Shown here piece by piece: positions 12,855 through 26,728 of a stretch of 64,000 nt of DNA. The notes under the pieces are model-generated. The model saw nothing but the letters and a program-made list of their open reading frames with translations, was not told where the DNA came from and ran no database searches. The stretch is from Eledone cirrhosa (Eukaryota). The first letter of the stretch is position 1; each line of letters opens with the position of its first letter. The stretch spans positions 269,824,001-269,888,000 of the forward strand of contig OZ024742.1 in assembly GCA_964016885.1 (NCBI GenBank). The letters run 5' to 3'. Made by a program: the position numbers and the translations under genes.

Positions 12855-13365
12855 ATATTGTCGATTTACTTTTCAATTTACATATATATATATCTGCGTA
12901 TAATACCAATATGCACACTAATTATGCTAGTAGAAAACCACTCGCGGGCGGTTTTTCTGCTAGTTCTAATAACAACAATGGAAACACAAGCAGAACATTC
13001 ACTGAACAAATGGAATATTATTATCTATTTGAACGTCGCTCCTTACATAATAGTTGGCCAACATTTCTTGATCCATTCAACTATGCAAGATCTTCTGCAA
13101 ATATATTTTCTTCGCAGGTTATATTTCGTATAAAAAACCACTACGAATCTATTAATTTTAATGGAAATATGAATAGGATACACATATATGTTAGAATATC
13201 TGTTATTTACACTGAAACTATTAGGTAAGACAATATGCGATGTAACCTCGACATTTCTCGTTGAGTTGTGCATATGACATACATCATAATGGGTGACATT
13301 CATAATAACGAATCCTAAAGAAAAGAACGTACGATTAAGAACACTGGGATATTTTGCAGGTTTGC

Positions 13366-13458
<93 letters not shown>

Positions 13459-13469
13459 ATGTATATATG

Positions 13470-14015
13470 TATAATAGAAAAAAATGAGGAACTTTCGTTT
13501 ACATATAAAAACTATTTATTGCGTTTCGACCTGTTGCGCGCGTTTCACAGATGACTGGCTCAAGATGATCGATAGGACTTATGGACCCGATTCCAGTGTG
13601 TGCACAGAGACACACGAGAATCCTTAATTGCTCGCGTGCTCACGTAAATACGCACATGAATATTGGTGAATTAACACCCGCATTGCCGCCTCACAAATTA
13701 CACCAAAATATACACATACGCCCACACAACAACATTTAGAGCCAATGCCTATATATATATACATTCTTGGTCCACATACCACAACTAAATATATCTTTTG
13801 TGGCATCACCAGTCTGAGGAACAGATCGATACTGGAGTCGGATCCGTAACTCTTATGGGTCACCTTCAGCCAATCTTCTCCAAAGCGCGCGTAACAGTTT
13901 GAATACGCAATAAATATGTTTCATATGTAAACGAAACTTCATCGTTTTTTCTATTATATACATTCTGCCTTTGTAAAGTGTGCTTGATTTGGTCCCAACC
14001 GTACTAACTAAACTT
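13470..14015 (+). mobile_element. Non-coding PLE-like element with inverted terminal segments and a degenerate long-stem-II HHR (family H)
   Basis: 13470-13565 is inverted relative to ~13865-13960; unique 3' tail; CTGAGGA at ~13814; GAAA-CGCGCG on the minus copy; (TA)n flanks. Confidence 0.65.
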
Positions 14016-14029
14016 TATATATATATATA

Positions 14030-14977
14030 GTATAAAAGAGAAAACTCAGGTAAGCATTAAGAGAAGGATTTTATCCAGGTATTTACGACCGTTTCATTGG
14101 TACGTGCAACCTTATATTGCTATACTGACAAACTGCATCTACTTAGACTTTATACCCTCTTATTGTTTCTAACCTCTTTAATTACCCACAAAAACCAATA
14201 CCTATATCCCTCCCTTCTCCTTCATTCCTTTTCTAATTCTTTTCGTTTTCTTCCTTTCTTCCCTCCCCCTTTTGGCTATATTTTCTTTTCTTCTTTCTCC
14301 CCACTCCTTCTTTACTTTTATTTTTATCATTATTATTTGTATCTTTATTTTTGATATATATATTTATCCTTTTATATCCCCCCCCCCATCTCTCTCTCTC
14401 TCCATCCCTCCCACTATGAACAATTTAATTCTCTTTAACTCACTACACTCTAAATCGACGACATGAAGTCTACGTATCAAAACTGATCAAGGAATCGTTC
14501 CACCTCTACCCCTCCTTCCATCTCAGTTTGTCACTCTACTTCCTAACTGTTCTCCCCCTTCCTCTCTCTCTATATACTATTCTGTTTGCCACCACCCCGC
14601 TTTCTAATTCCTCTTCCTCTCTCCTTATACTAGTAAATACAATTTTAAAAAAATGTTTTTCGCTATATATTAAGAACTATTTCAAGAGTAACTTACTCAC
14701 TATTTTGAAAATTTGGATGTGAACAACAATTATCATTGAGTGGCTGCTATTTGCAGTATAGCAATATAAGGTTGCACTTACCAATGAAACGGTTGTAAAT
14801 ACCTGGATAAAATCCTTCTCTTAATGCTTACCCGTGTTTTCTCTTTTATACTTTATGCTCGGATTGAACGGAATTCTTACAAACTTGTGGAGTTACCGCT
14901 AACCGTGCGTTGAAACCATCCATGAAACTGGCTTTCTTAACCACGAACTGGATCACAATAAGCAATGTTATGCTTCC

Positions 14978-14982
<5 letters not shown>
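14030..14982 (+). mobile_element. Truncated PLE with inverted pLTR segments
   Basis: 14030-14128 is inverted at ~14754-14851, followed by a ~130 bp tail; internal TLNRRHE (~14446-14466) resembles a PLE GIY-YIG C-terminus; GAAA-C-GGTT-G-TA half-HHR; (TA)n flanks. Confidence 0.7.
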
Positions 14983-15057
<75 letters not shown>

Positions 15058-18000
15058 ATGTATATAAATAAAAGCACAAATAGGATACCATATATGATAT
15101 ATCTATGAATAAAATATTTATAAATTATAGTACTAACTGGTAAATGAATCACTTTCAAAATCGTTAAGTCAATGGAAGCCAGACTCCATACATATAGAAT
15201 TAGTTTCGTATTTGAATAATTTAGGATTACAATATTTGTTTTTATGACAAAAGCTGATCAAACTGTCTGCAAGATGATACAATTAAACAAAAGAATCGTT
15301 TTATGGATGCTTCTATCACCTAGACGATGGCAACGAGGAAGATAAGAAGGTATTTTTGCAGGGCCATAATATTTATAATTCTTTGGAACGGGTCACATTG
15401 TAATTTGCCACTTCAACTTATGCTATATATAAATATGTAAATAGCTAGAGCTGCTTTTTTCGTTTGGAGTCGACAAATTAGAGCAGGTCGCCTTTTACAG
15501 TTGCAGGGATCTTGGAAGCCATCGTATTGTGCTATTACATGATCGTCGATTTCGGAGATTTGAAAGGTGATTCTGCAAAATGATTGTTTGTGTAAGTGCA
15601 GTGATTGCCGCTGTATTTCGCAACTATTAGATCTCTTCCGTTTTTCTGGAATGTTATATTTGTCATACGGATATTTTCATCTGAAAACGAATATCGTTTG
15701 TGTTAGGCAAATGCGTACTATAAGAAGGCAAGTTAAGACTTCATAACATAAGGATTAATATAATACAGCTCATTCTTTCAGCAGTTACGTTACTGTTTCC
15801 GACAAATTAAAGACGTCATTCAAGATTTATCTCAGTATTTTGTGCACGAAAGTTAAGTAGGGTCATAAGATATTTCGACTGTATGATTCCGTGAGGATTT
15901 GAATTTGTTGCCCAGTTGCTTCGTACATTAGTATAACTTAAAGCATTTCATTTGTCTTACATTAAATATATTAATCCCTGCAAATGTATTCATTATATGT
16001 TTCTGTCGTGTTTCCTTGTTTTCCCATTTATTTTTGCTTGCATATTTACTAAATTTTTTGAGATCAAATTCAAAAGGTTACCTTAGGCCAAAGAAACATT
16101 GTTGTATCCCAAAAGATCGATCCCTTTCAGTTTAACATGCAACTAATTGTTTTATCAGCTCTGCGTTTCAGTAATATATTATTGCACGTGTCAAGATTTT
16201 CATTTCAGATATGTAAACATTTATTTCTTATAATTCACTCGGTCGCTTTGTTTCTCCATTGTTTGATTGGGTTTCCTATATAGTAACTTTAAGAAAGATT
16301 CCTGTTACTTTTCTGTCAACAGTGGGAACTGTAATGATTATTTGACATTGATCTGTTGTATTCATTCAACATTTTATAGCCAGGAATTTAATTTGTATTA
16401 CTATTTTATTATTGGGCTTTATGTTTGATATTATTTTGTTTACACATACAAATACAGTTTATAAATTCGAATTATTTAATTATTTCCATATTAGACGGTT
16501 GCAATTTTCAAAATGACATACTGCAGAAATGTATCTCATATTCACCAGATTAAAATTGATATAGTTCTGCTTCTTCATGAAGGCCAGTATTTAGATGTGA
16601 CCTAGTTTCATTTTGCGAAGTTTCTAAATCATTATATTTCATCTGCATGCGACGGAATCTAAACTATAATAAAGTACGAAGTGCGGGACTGCGTACGGTT
16701 TATAATTTGTTATACCCTTAGTAAAATAAGTTGGATTCATTTGAATAAATAATGAATGAATATTATATAATGTATCTACTACAATTCGTGGCTATTCACT
16801 AAATATATTTTATTAGTTATTTAAAGATTCACTTCTTTAACATTTTCAAATGTCAACACTTCCGGTTAGCGATCGTTTAAATAAATATTCATATATTTCT
16901 GTCACTAATTTTCTCCTAATGATGTTTATACATAATATCGTCTTTTTTTAATGTATCCTGGATTACGTTACTGATTACATAGACAGTGTAACACAGTCTT
17001 CGTTCAATGACGATTTTATTTGATCATATCTACATGCATATATACTTGCGTATAATATCAATATACACACTACACATGCTAGCAGAAAAGCACCCGGAGG
17101 GTAGTTTTTCTGCTAGTTGCCGTAATGGTGTATGCTGCCATTTTTACATTCAATTTCGCACAGCTTATTTTTTGCATTGTTATTGTTAGTGTATTTTCAT
17201 TAGCACTCTTTATTTCAAATGCTATGTTTATTTTTGATAACTGTTACAATTTTGACGATGAACCTTCTTCAAATCGTTTCCTTATTTGGATGCAAAATCA
17301 ACCTTCGAGTATCTGGTTATTTTTCTGGCGCTTTATTGAACTAAGCCTTATTCTTTTTTGTAGATTGTAAATCTGAGATAATTGGAGACAACGCATTTGT
17401 ATTACGAAAGTTCACATGGAGACAAGTTCATCATGGGAAACAAGCAATTGCTTATGCAAGCGACTTTTCACTCGACAATTGTCGTTCAATGCGTTTCTGC
17501 CAATGAAATAATATTTATAAAATATCACATTCCACGATATAACAATTCACTCAATCACCCTCCATGAATTGATAATTCCATTTATTGGTCCTAAAAGAGG
17601 AAAAACTAACTTGACTGTGGTGAATTTTTGTCGTACAATATATTTTATTCATGACACTATCCCTTGTTTCAATTTGATGCTTTAAATTCCGTATATAATT
17701 CATAAGCCTCATTCCACCTGGACGTTATGTTTATTTATGGAACTTATGAATTATGATTCCTCACGGTAATTTGTTTTTCTGTTTCAGGGGGTGGATATTG
17801 TCATAATTTGAATCGATTGACGTCATGTTTGTTTTGGGGATTGCAAATTATGCACAATTATTTTTCAAATTTGGTAAAGGTTTTATCTCATAATTCTTCA
17901 GTCAAATGACGAAATTATTATTATTCTCTTTTAGTGTCTTTTATTTAGTGTCTTTTATTTTGTGCACATTAGTATTACTATTGTGAACTCAAACATATCT

Positions 18001-20299
18001 CTGCCATTATCGTTCTATCCTATTTTCAAACAATTTGCCTATGTATAAAATATCTAACTAGCCTTTTCATTTTGTGAGTATGGCTTTATAACCATATGAC
18101 TACTATTTCTAGCAGATTTACTGGCCAAGCATTAAGTTTATCCAGCATGTTCCTTAATCAATTTCCATTTATTTTTCTTTGTGTAGATGTTATTCAACTT
18201 CAATAAATGATGTTATACATCATAATGTATTATTCTTGAGTGCTATGTTTGAAATATCAGGCGCTGTTCTCTGTGCAGCTTGGGCATATTAATTGCCTTC
18301 TTTGGTATTTGTCTTCACTTGAAATGAAATATATTTACCCAGTATGCGTGCAGTGCCTAACGATTCTATGTCCCTTATTCTGTGTGTGTGTGTGAGTAAG
18401 TACTTTTAGTTAAATATTTTCTTGCATTTAATTAAACATATCACAGAGGTCCTTTGTTGAACGTATTGTTCAAATTTCATTAACTCTATTTTCAAATTTT
18501 GAATATTATATTTACTCAATTTTTCATTTCGTTTCCAGATAGGTTGTCGTCCTTTGAGACTGACATTTCAAACTGCAGACACTTCCTGTTTTGGTAGAAC
18601 TGTGAATAATAGTCTGGGATATTAGGTTTTGTGAACCTAACTTTGAGAACCTTATGTCTTTGGCCATGTTTGCTCTGTCTTTTTCTGAGATGTTTCCTCG
18701 ACTATCTTTATTCCATATCCTCTCGCTTGGTATTTCATAACACTAGAACACATTCTTATGAAACGGTAATTAATGTGTGTCTTCATTACTCCGAACAGGT
18801 CTCTGGCATGTATAAGGTCATGCAAACAATAAGGAACTTAACTTTAATTATATCAGCGTTTACAGAGGAAAGTTAGAACTGGGATCAACCAAAGCATTGA
18901 CAGCATCGGAATCAGAGACGGCTTAGGAATGGTGATCAAATACAACCAATGCAGCTGGTAGCTGTCAGTCAAACGACGACCGCAATATATGAGAAAATCA
19001 ATTATGAGCTCAATGCAAGTTTTAACTATCCTCTTTGCCGTTTACGCCAACTCTATTTTGGATAAGTTCACCTCTTGAGTAGAGGAAAGCCTTTGAGCAA
19101 GAAATGTTCGTGGGACACGACTAAAAGGAACTTTGGAAAATAGTACACAATCCACTGCTTGGAAATGTCAAAATCTTCAGGTTTGCGTAAGTACGGCGTT
19201 ATCCATATGTTGTCAGATAGAACTCTTACCTGAACTATAGCCGCACGTTAAGAACACAGAATGGAGCAAATGCCATATTGATGCGGGTATGCATCTCATC
19301 CTTGCCTTAGTCAGTGGCAGTGAAGGTGGTGAGAAATACCCGAATTCCTTGACTGCTTTTAGAAGCATACCATTAATTACTACGTGCATTGGTAGGATAT
19401 ATTTTCATAGCTACATTGATCTTTATGACTACATGTGAGTGACTTCTACCCACTGAGATGCTTATGGCTAACAGAACTTCCATGTAATTACCGTCAACCA
19501 TTATTAGCACTAGAATTGAAATACCATGACAACACGTCAGCAACGCTTCAGTATCTGCCCTGCAATCCAATCATTGTTAAAATTAAACAACGCATTAGAA
19601 AGTACATAACATGGTCGGACACATCGGCGAAATATGAAGGGTCAGATTCTGCAAGAAAACAACAAACGTTTGCTCGAGTAGAGCTTATAGTATGTTCTAA
19701 ATATTTTTACTCGTTTCACAGGTTTACAATTATGAAATTACAGAGGGTGCTTTGGTTGACAGAATCGAAAGCAGCTGCAAAGTCGATGAAAGGTGTGCTC
19801 CAGCAGTGTTCCAAAATCTTCTTAAGGTGAAGAATTGGTCTGTGCAGTCTCAGCCCCGAGGAAAGCAACATTCATGTTATCCGAATGCATTGACCACAGA
19901 TTTGGTATGACAACGAAATGTTCGTAGGTGGGGAATAGTGATAAGTACATCAGATATGATGGATATTTGCGATACATTTATATATCGTAATGTGAGAATT
20001 CTAGGCACATGTTGGCACTGACTATCTGTCATGGAAAGGAGTGTTTGGAAGAATCGGCGATCACGATCAACCACGAATGAAGAGGCCTTATTAGTCTTCC
20101 GTTGAATTAACAGTCCCTCTATTATGAACACCTCCCACCACAAAGACATTCATAAATACACATAATATAAGAGGAATCTGAGACAGAGATCAATAATTGA
20201 TTGGTTTTATTGCCTCTCATCTCTTCGATTCTGTGTTGGATATCCGTGATAGAAGAAGGCCTTGGTTGTCAATTGATCATGATCAATTTATCTGCAACT

Positions 20300-21470
20300 T
20301 GAGACTACCTAAAGGCAAGAAAGTCTACAAAACTTAAGGTCCAACTAGACCTACTTGATAAAATGGGAGGCACTGACAGAGAAATAAGTCGGTAGCAGGT
20401 TTGTTATTAAACTATTACATCCAATTCAAAGAATGTTCTGAGCAAAGTGACCACTTTGAAAGGGGGCGGTGCGGCTCTTTCTGCTTCAGTGGTTAAATAA
20501 TGCGTGTGAAAGTGGCTTGTTATGGAGCCTGTTGACAAGAGGAACCCCTAACCCAATCTAGTCGTGAAAGAAGATACTCGAGCAAAGATGGAGGCTTACA
20601 AATCTTGGCTCCAAAATGAGCTCTGCTTCTTACACCTGCGGTACAAGCAGGCAAAATGTCGCAGTAGATACAGTAAAGACAGTCAAAATTAAGACATGAG
20701 AGGACTTTGAGAATAAGCTGGAATCCGATTCCAGATCAGCAATTAAGTCGTTAGGGGAGACCAGCCACCAAAATTCGTAATTAGATGTCCTCCTCCCTAC
20801 CTGCTACAAGTAGCTTGTATGGGGTTCTCCTTTCTTCAGACAAGTGGATCATCGCGAACTTAACAGAATATCCTAAAGAGCATCATCTGATGTACAAGCG
20901 GTGTATCCGAGGGCGTTGTCTAACCTCACAGATGCTGAGGTCACAAATGTCACATGACCTCTCAGGAGGATGAAATTTGGGCATATACGTAAACAGTCTT
21001 AAATTGAGATGGCATCATTCGGTTGACTCTATTGTGTCGTGTTGCCTTGATCTCTAGAAAGGCATCTAAGCAATGGTAATTGGGATTGATAATCCCATTT
21101 TCAAAAATATTAAAACTATTGCTGCTATTATATAATTAAGCTTCCTTCTTAAGGTATGTGATATATGTCTGGCAAAGATATGTAACTAGATTGTTAAGAC
21201 CAAGATTCCTAACGAGTAGTTTAGCTTTCGACCCGGACGAAACGACCAAAATGTCACACTGCGGCAGGTCTTTGGAAATCATTGGACTATTGCCAAGATG
21301 TGTATGCTTGCTTCTGAGAGTTTGTAAAACCATATAATCGTATTCCTCGATGGATCATGTAGAAGGTTCTGCGGCGGATTAGATCGAAGGACAGATGTTT
21401 GATCGCAAATATATGATTGTCATAATATTTGTGTTCGGATGTATGGAGCTAAGTGGATGAATGTAATTTT
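20300..21470 (+). pseudogene. Heavily decayed RTE-clade LINE fragment
   Basis: VVKEDTRAKMEAYKSWL (~20561-20611) and degenerate VYACF...K.Y.RIPR (~21301-21350); many stops and frameshifts. Confidence 0.45.
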
Positions 21471-21704
21471 CCATATGGAACAATCCCTCAGTTCTCGCAG
21501 TTGTGGGTAAGGGTGGCTTGTTATCTCTGGTGGTATGAGTTATGACGTTGTTGGTAGTAGATGTGATAATGCTATTGTCGACCTTTGTACTAGAATTTGA
21601 GTCGAAGTCACGGGACAGCTGGTAGAAAGTGGAGTGGCGTGTACATTTTGTAAACGCTAGTCAGCGTGAAAATGTGGCTTTGACTTTCATCATTACGGAT
21701 ACAA

Positions 21705-21802
21705 TAAAATAAAGCACCAGTAATGCACTGGGATCGTTTTAATCGACTTTCTCTCCCCTTGAATTTGCTGACCTTGTGCCTAAATTAGAAACAATAATTA
21801 TT
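21705..21802 (+). mobile_element. SINE 3' portion
   Basis: AATAAAGCACCAGTAATGCACTGGG...CCTTGTGCCTAAATTAGAAACAAT matches the 3' end of the SINE family. Confidence 0.65.
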
Positions 21803-22530
21803 CTTCTTTTTGTTTTTGATGATCTTATTGTTATTATTATATTGCTCATGTTGAATAACACAATGAACGCTTATAACGTTGCTCTCCGCAACATTTGAAA
21901 TCAATCGCACATCACCAAATCTAATATGAATTAAACAAACATTTTAGACAGAGATCAACCAATGGAATCTGAACCATATTTTTATGTATGGGTTTTCTCC
22001 ATTATATAAAGTACAGAGGTGTTATTGGAAAAAGCTGACAAGCATAACAAGTTCTGAATTTCAACAATTCAAACAATTCAAATAACAGCAAAACAATACA
22101 GACATAATCATTATCGAGGCCTTGAAATGTATTCATGTTTGATACATTAAAACTTCATATTATGAAACTCCGCACGGCACATATAAAGATGAAACAATCA
22201 CACACGTATGACGAATCGAAAAGTAATCATAATGAAGAGAATATAATTCTGTTGAATGTGAATAAAATTAGGGAGGTACAGACTTTGAAGTTAAAAAGAA
22301 GAAATGTGTCAATGAAAATGACAACAACATAAATAAACAGGACAAATTTGCTTCTCAAGTGTTACAAATAAAATTGAAAGAAACATTAATTGACACGATA
22401 AGAAAATGCTTTGATATTGTATGTACCATTTACTGCAATAAAATCGAAGCAAACAATGTTACAGAGAAAGATGTGCAAATGAGAATATAATTGCATATAT
22501 GTATATATAAATAAATACATACATATTCAT

Positions 22531-22613
<83 letters not shown>

Positions 22614-22628
22614 CATACATATACATAC

Positions 22629-22665
<37 letters not shown>

Positions 22666-22689
22666 GATGTATATATATATATATTGACG

Positions 22690-22720
<31 letters not shown>

Positions 22721-22917
22721 ATACTTTGGGAGGGTCATGTTGCCAATAAGAAACACACGCACCAGTTGCTTTCACTTCAATTTATTATATATTTATAAAT
22801 TTATAAATTTACAAATCTACAAACTTATAAATTTCTGGTTGGTTGGTTGGTTCCACAACCAGATAGTTGTTTATATATAGTCATAGTCCTTTCGTCACAC
22901 ACTCTGTGACCTCTTCA

Positions 22918-23301
22918 TGTATAGATAAGAAATGTATAACCTGTAAAATAGGCCCCCATATTAACTGTAAAACTAGAAATGTAGTGTATAGCATAAGATG
23001 TACTGAAGGACAATGTAGAAACAAAAATATAGTGTACATAGGTGAGACAGCTCGTAGTATAGGGGAACGAATAAATGAACACTGGCGAGACCTTCAAGAT
23101 AATAAAGAATCACCTGTGCTCTACCAACATGCTAAGATAGAACACAGGGGTAAATTAGAGAACATAGAAATAAAAATAGAATCCACACACAGAAAAGATG
23201 CAATGTTTAGGCAAATTACAGAGACAGTAAGCATAAAAGAATTACAACCAAAATTAAATAGAAAATATGAGTGGAACAGCAACATCACAACTTACAATTA
23301 A
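22918..23301 (+). CDS. Penelope GIY-YIG endonuclease domain (5'-truncated, open frame)
   Basis: C..KCITC....NCKTRNVVYSIRC...C....VYIGETARSIGERINEH...S.VLYQH..H...E...IK...PKLNR. Confidence 0.9.
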   Translation, partial: CIDKKCITCKIGPHINCKTRNVVYSIRCTEGQCRNKNIVYIGETARSIGERINEHWRDLQDNKESPVLYQHAKIEHRGKLENIEIKIESTHRKDAMFRQITETVSIKELQPKLNRKYEWNSNITTYN

Positions 23302-23509
23302 GGACAAAATGAAAACACACACACACATAGAACAAACAACCAACCAACAATAAATAAATAAATAAATAAACAAATAGATCAATGAACACAAACACACACA
23401 GACACCCGGATGTGGCGAATGCGCAAACTGAGCACACAACACACACACAGAAACAAAATGGCGTAGGACAGAAGAAAGGAAAGGCACAGAATCAAAGAAA
23501 GGAATCCCC

Positions 23510-23553
23510 AGTCACTGAAGAGGTCACAGAGTGTGTGACGAAAGGACTATGAC
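23510..23553 (+). ncRNA. Minimal type I hammerhead ribozyme in PLE pLTR
   Basis: AGTCA-CTGAAGA-G-GTCACA-GAGTG-TGTGAC-GAAA-GGAC-TA-TGACT; stem I AGTCA/TGACT, 1 bp stem III, CUA cleavage triplet. Confidence 0.85.
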
Positions 23554-23774
23554 TATATATAAACACCTATCTGGTTGTGGAACCAACCAACCAACCAGAA
23601 ATGTATAAGTTTGTAGATTTGTAAATTTATAAATTTATAAATATATAATAAATTGAAGTGAAAGCAACTGGTGCGTGTGTTTCTTATTGGCAACATGACC
23701 CTCCCAAAGTATAACAATATCGGTTTCAACACAGGATTTCAGATAAAGAATCTTGCTAAACAAATTCAGAAACG

Positions 23775-23894
<120 letters not shown>

Positions 23895-24256
23895 GGTGCA
23901 GAGCAAAATACCTGTTGATAACGTGACATTCTTTGTTCGATCAGTATACCAAAAAGCTTATAGTTTTAAGCAGACAATATTATTGATTTAGGTGTCATAG
24001 AAACCCTGCATTTGGATTTTACCATCAATTCCAATGGGTTCAGGTCTGTTTTTATCACTTATTTTGTTTCACCTGTTTAGCTTGATTTGTTTTTGGCTTA
24101 GGTGGTTAATGCCTTATTGAAGACTTTTTCAGTTTGTATGACGTTTTAACATATTGTTTAGTTCTGGTTTTTTAACTATTTGAGCGCTTGCCAGCATGAC
24201 TCTGATTTTGCGTTTCGTTTCGCTCTTTCTACCCGCTGAAATGCGATTCTAGCTGA

Positions 24257-24290
<34 letters not shown>

Positions 24291-24292
<2 letters not shown>

Positions 24293-25001
24293 AATAGAAT
24301 GAAGCGAAATTTCATTTCTCACTCTTAGTACGGCAGTTACTTAAATGTAGTATGCATGCATTCACACGTACATACATATATGTATACAGTCGTAGAGTAG
24401 TATGTATATATATATACATACATGCACACGTATATATATGCACGTATCGGTTTACCGAACATTTATTATAATGGTCGGTTTGTTTGTAAACAAACAAACA
24501 GCCCGAATTACGCCGTACAGTGTTTAGGCAACCACGTCACCTTTTTGTTCAACACTGACACAGGACTGATGTACTAGTTTCAAGCTTATTAGCTATCGTC
24601 AGCATCGTATACCTTCCTGCCAGATGGTTGAACGTCTGAAAGTATATACTTTCCTTATGCATATTAACGGCTGAGCAGCCTAATTTTCATATCGAGTGAG
24701 TTTAGTCGGCCGGGCGCACCGAAAACGATAAATAGAATAGAATGAAACGAAATTTCATTTCTCTCTCTTAGTACATCACTTACTTAAATGTAAGTATGTA
24801 AGTATGTATACGTACATAAATATATGTATACAGACGTACAGTAGTATGTACATATATATATATATACATACATGCACACATATATATATATGCACGTATC
24901 GGTTTACCGAACATTTATTATAATGCTCGGTTTGTTTGTAAACAAACAAACAGCCCGAATTACGCCGTACAGTGTTTAGGCAACCACGTCACCTTTTTGT
25001 T
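24291..25001 (-). mobile_element. Retrozyme-like family A, locus 2 (~1.6 monomers, period ~443)
   Basis: Reverse-complement homology to 3518-4428; repeated marker at 24311 and 24754; (TA)n flanks. Confidence 0.85.
24557..24621 (-). ncRNA. Type I hammerhead ribozyme (family A)
   Basis: Minus strand ACGATG-CTGACGA-TAGCTAATAAGCTT-GAAA-CTAG-TA-CATC; GATG/CATC is compensatory relative to GTTG/CAGC. Confidence 0.85.
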
Positions 25002-25989
25002 ATATATATATATATATATATATCGTTTCTATATTGCTGCACTAAGCAACTGGTGTTGAGACCCACATTGCAATGTTCATCCAAGCACATATATTTCGTG
25101 CGAAACATAAAATTCCATGTGGAGTAGAAATGGACATATACTAGACATGCAGCTGCTTGTCTCAAGTTTAGAAGCAATTGAGAAGATAGTGGGAAAATTA
25201 AGGGATTTAAACTATGAAATATTACAAGTAGATGGTGTTGATGAATTATATATGTTGCAAATGAAATAGTGGTGATCAGTGATGATCGCAAAGTATCATA
25301 GTGATAATGGTGATGAATAGTGAATAGTGATGTTAAATAGTGTTGATAAATTGTACAACATGATATTAACGTTGAATAGGCAAGCAAGTTTGACATGAGA
25401 AGATAGTCTTTTATATCGACTCAAGAATTTCACAGGTACTTTAAATACTTTATTGATCGTGAAAATGTGAATTTGACCTTGACGGGATTCGAACTCAGAA
25501 TTCGCAGCCGGAATGAATGCTACAAACCCACCGAACCAATAATAGTAAATGATGGTTACCATAATTGATTGTAAATAGTGGATAGTGATGTTAATATGAT
25601 GATAATTAGTGAAACGGAGTGATAATAGTGATTGAGGAAGAAAAGGGTTGGTAATAGAGTGACTTGTGATTGCGGATGAGAAGACGTGATAATAGATTGA
25701 TAGTTTAAGATGATGGTTTAAGGGAATGGTGCTGTATGTCATTGATATTAGAGTTGTACTGGAATGTGGGTAAGACAAATGGTGATTGCCTGTGGTTAAA
25801 TGGGAACAAAGAATTTGTTGGTGATAAAGATGACAACAAACAGTATTATGATGGTAGAGAGGTGATATTATATGGTTTAGCAGATGCTGGCAATAATGGC
25901 GATGTCGAAGTTCGTTATAAATATGATGAAATATTTCAGTGATGATAATGAATTGTAGGTGTTAGTGCAGGAAATTCAGCATTCGGTAA

Positions 25990-26552
25990 TCAAAAGAAGG
26001 GATGAAGTGTAAAATCCAAATTCGCTATCTTCAATTCGGTATTACTGCCAACCGTTAACCATGTTAATTAATTTTGGCCAGTGTCCGACAGAATACGATC
26101 GTGAATAGAAACGGCCGAAATCGTGTTTTTTCGAAGGGTCTTTGGAATAACGTTACTCAAAAGAGTGTATAACTCGGAGATCAGAGTCACAGGAGACAGA
26201 AATGAGAGATCACAGCTCCGATACTATGGACATCTGGTTAGAATGTCTCAGGAGAGAATCGCTGGACAATTTTACGGGCAAAATCAACTGGCAAGAGACC
26301 CTGGGGTAGACCTCGAACAAGATGTTTGGATAATATCCTTGAGCTTGTCTGTTCACGTTTGGGATTCCAGCCGGATCAGAAGGAGTATGTTGCTTCTGAC
26401 AGGACTCACTGAAATGAGTGTTTGAGATTTCTGCCCCTATGACACTCTCAGGAATAAGTGTTACAGAAGAAGAAGAAGAAGAAGAAGAAGAAGAAGAAGA
26501 AGAAGAAGAAGAAGAAGAAGAAGAAGAAGAAGAAGAAGAAGAAGAAGAAGAA
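25990..26552 (+). mobile_element. 3' fragment of RTE-clade LINE with long (GAA)n tail
   Basis: ERSQLRYYGHLVRMSQERIA; homologous to ~12400-12854; (GAA)n at ~26466-26552. Confidence 0.8.
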
Positions 26553-26571
26553 GGAATAATAATAATAATAA

Positions 26572-26711
26572 TAATTGTTTCTACTTTAGGCACAAGGCCA
26601 GCAATTACCCAGTGCGTTACTGGTACTTTATTTTATCGACCCCGTAAGGATGAATGGCAAAGTTAAACTCGGCGGGATTTGAACACAGATCGTAAAGGGA
26701 CGTAACTATGC
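26572..26711 (-). mobile_element. SINE (5' part missing)
   Basis: Homologous to 9150-9337. Confidence 0.85.
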
Positions 26712-26728
26712 TGGAAAGAATAATATAA

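Noticed and set aside
15060-20300. Host exons (e.g. acceptor-like TTTCCAG at ~18533-18539) or Helitron coding relics at 18.9-20.2 kb
   Set aside because: No recognisable protein motif or consistent open frame; cannot be supported without RNA-seq or homology search.
26210-26666. Poly-Ser / poly-Glu ORFs
   Set aside because: They come from the (GAA)n tail of an RTE element; poly-Leu/Ile/Asn ORFs likewise come from (TAA)n tails.
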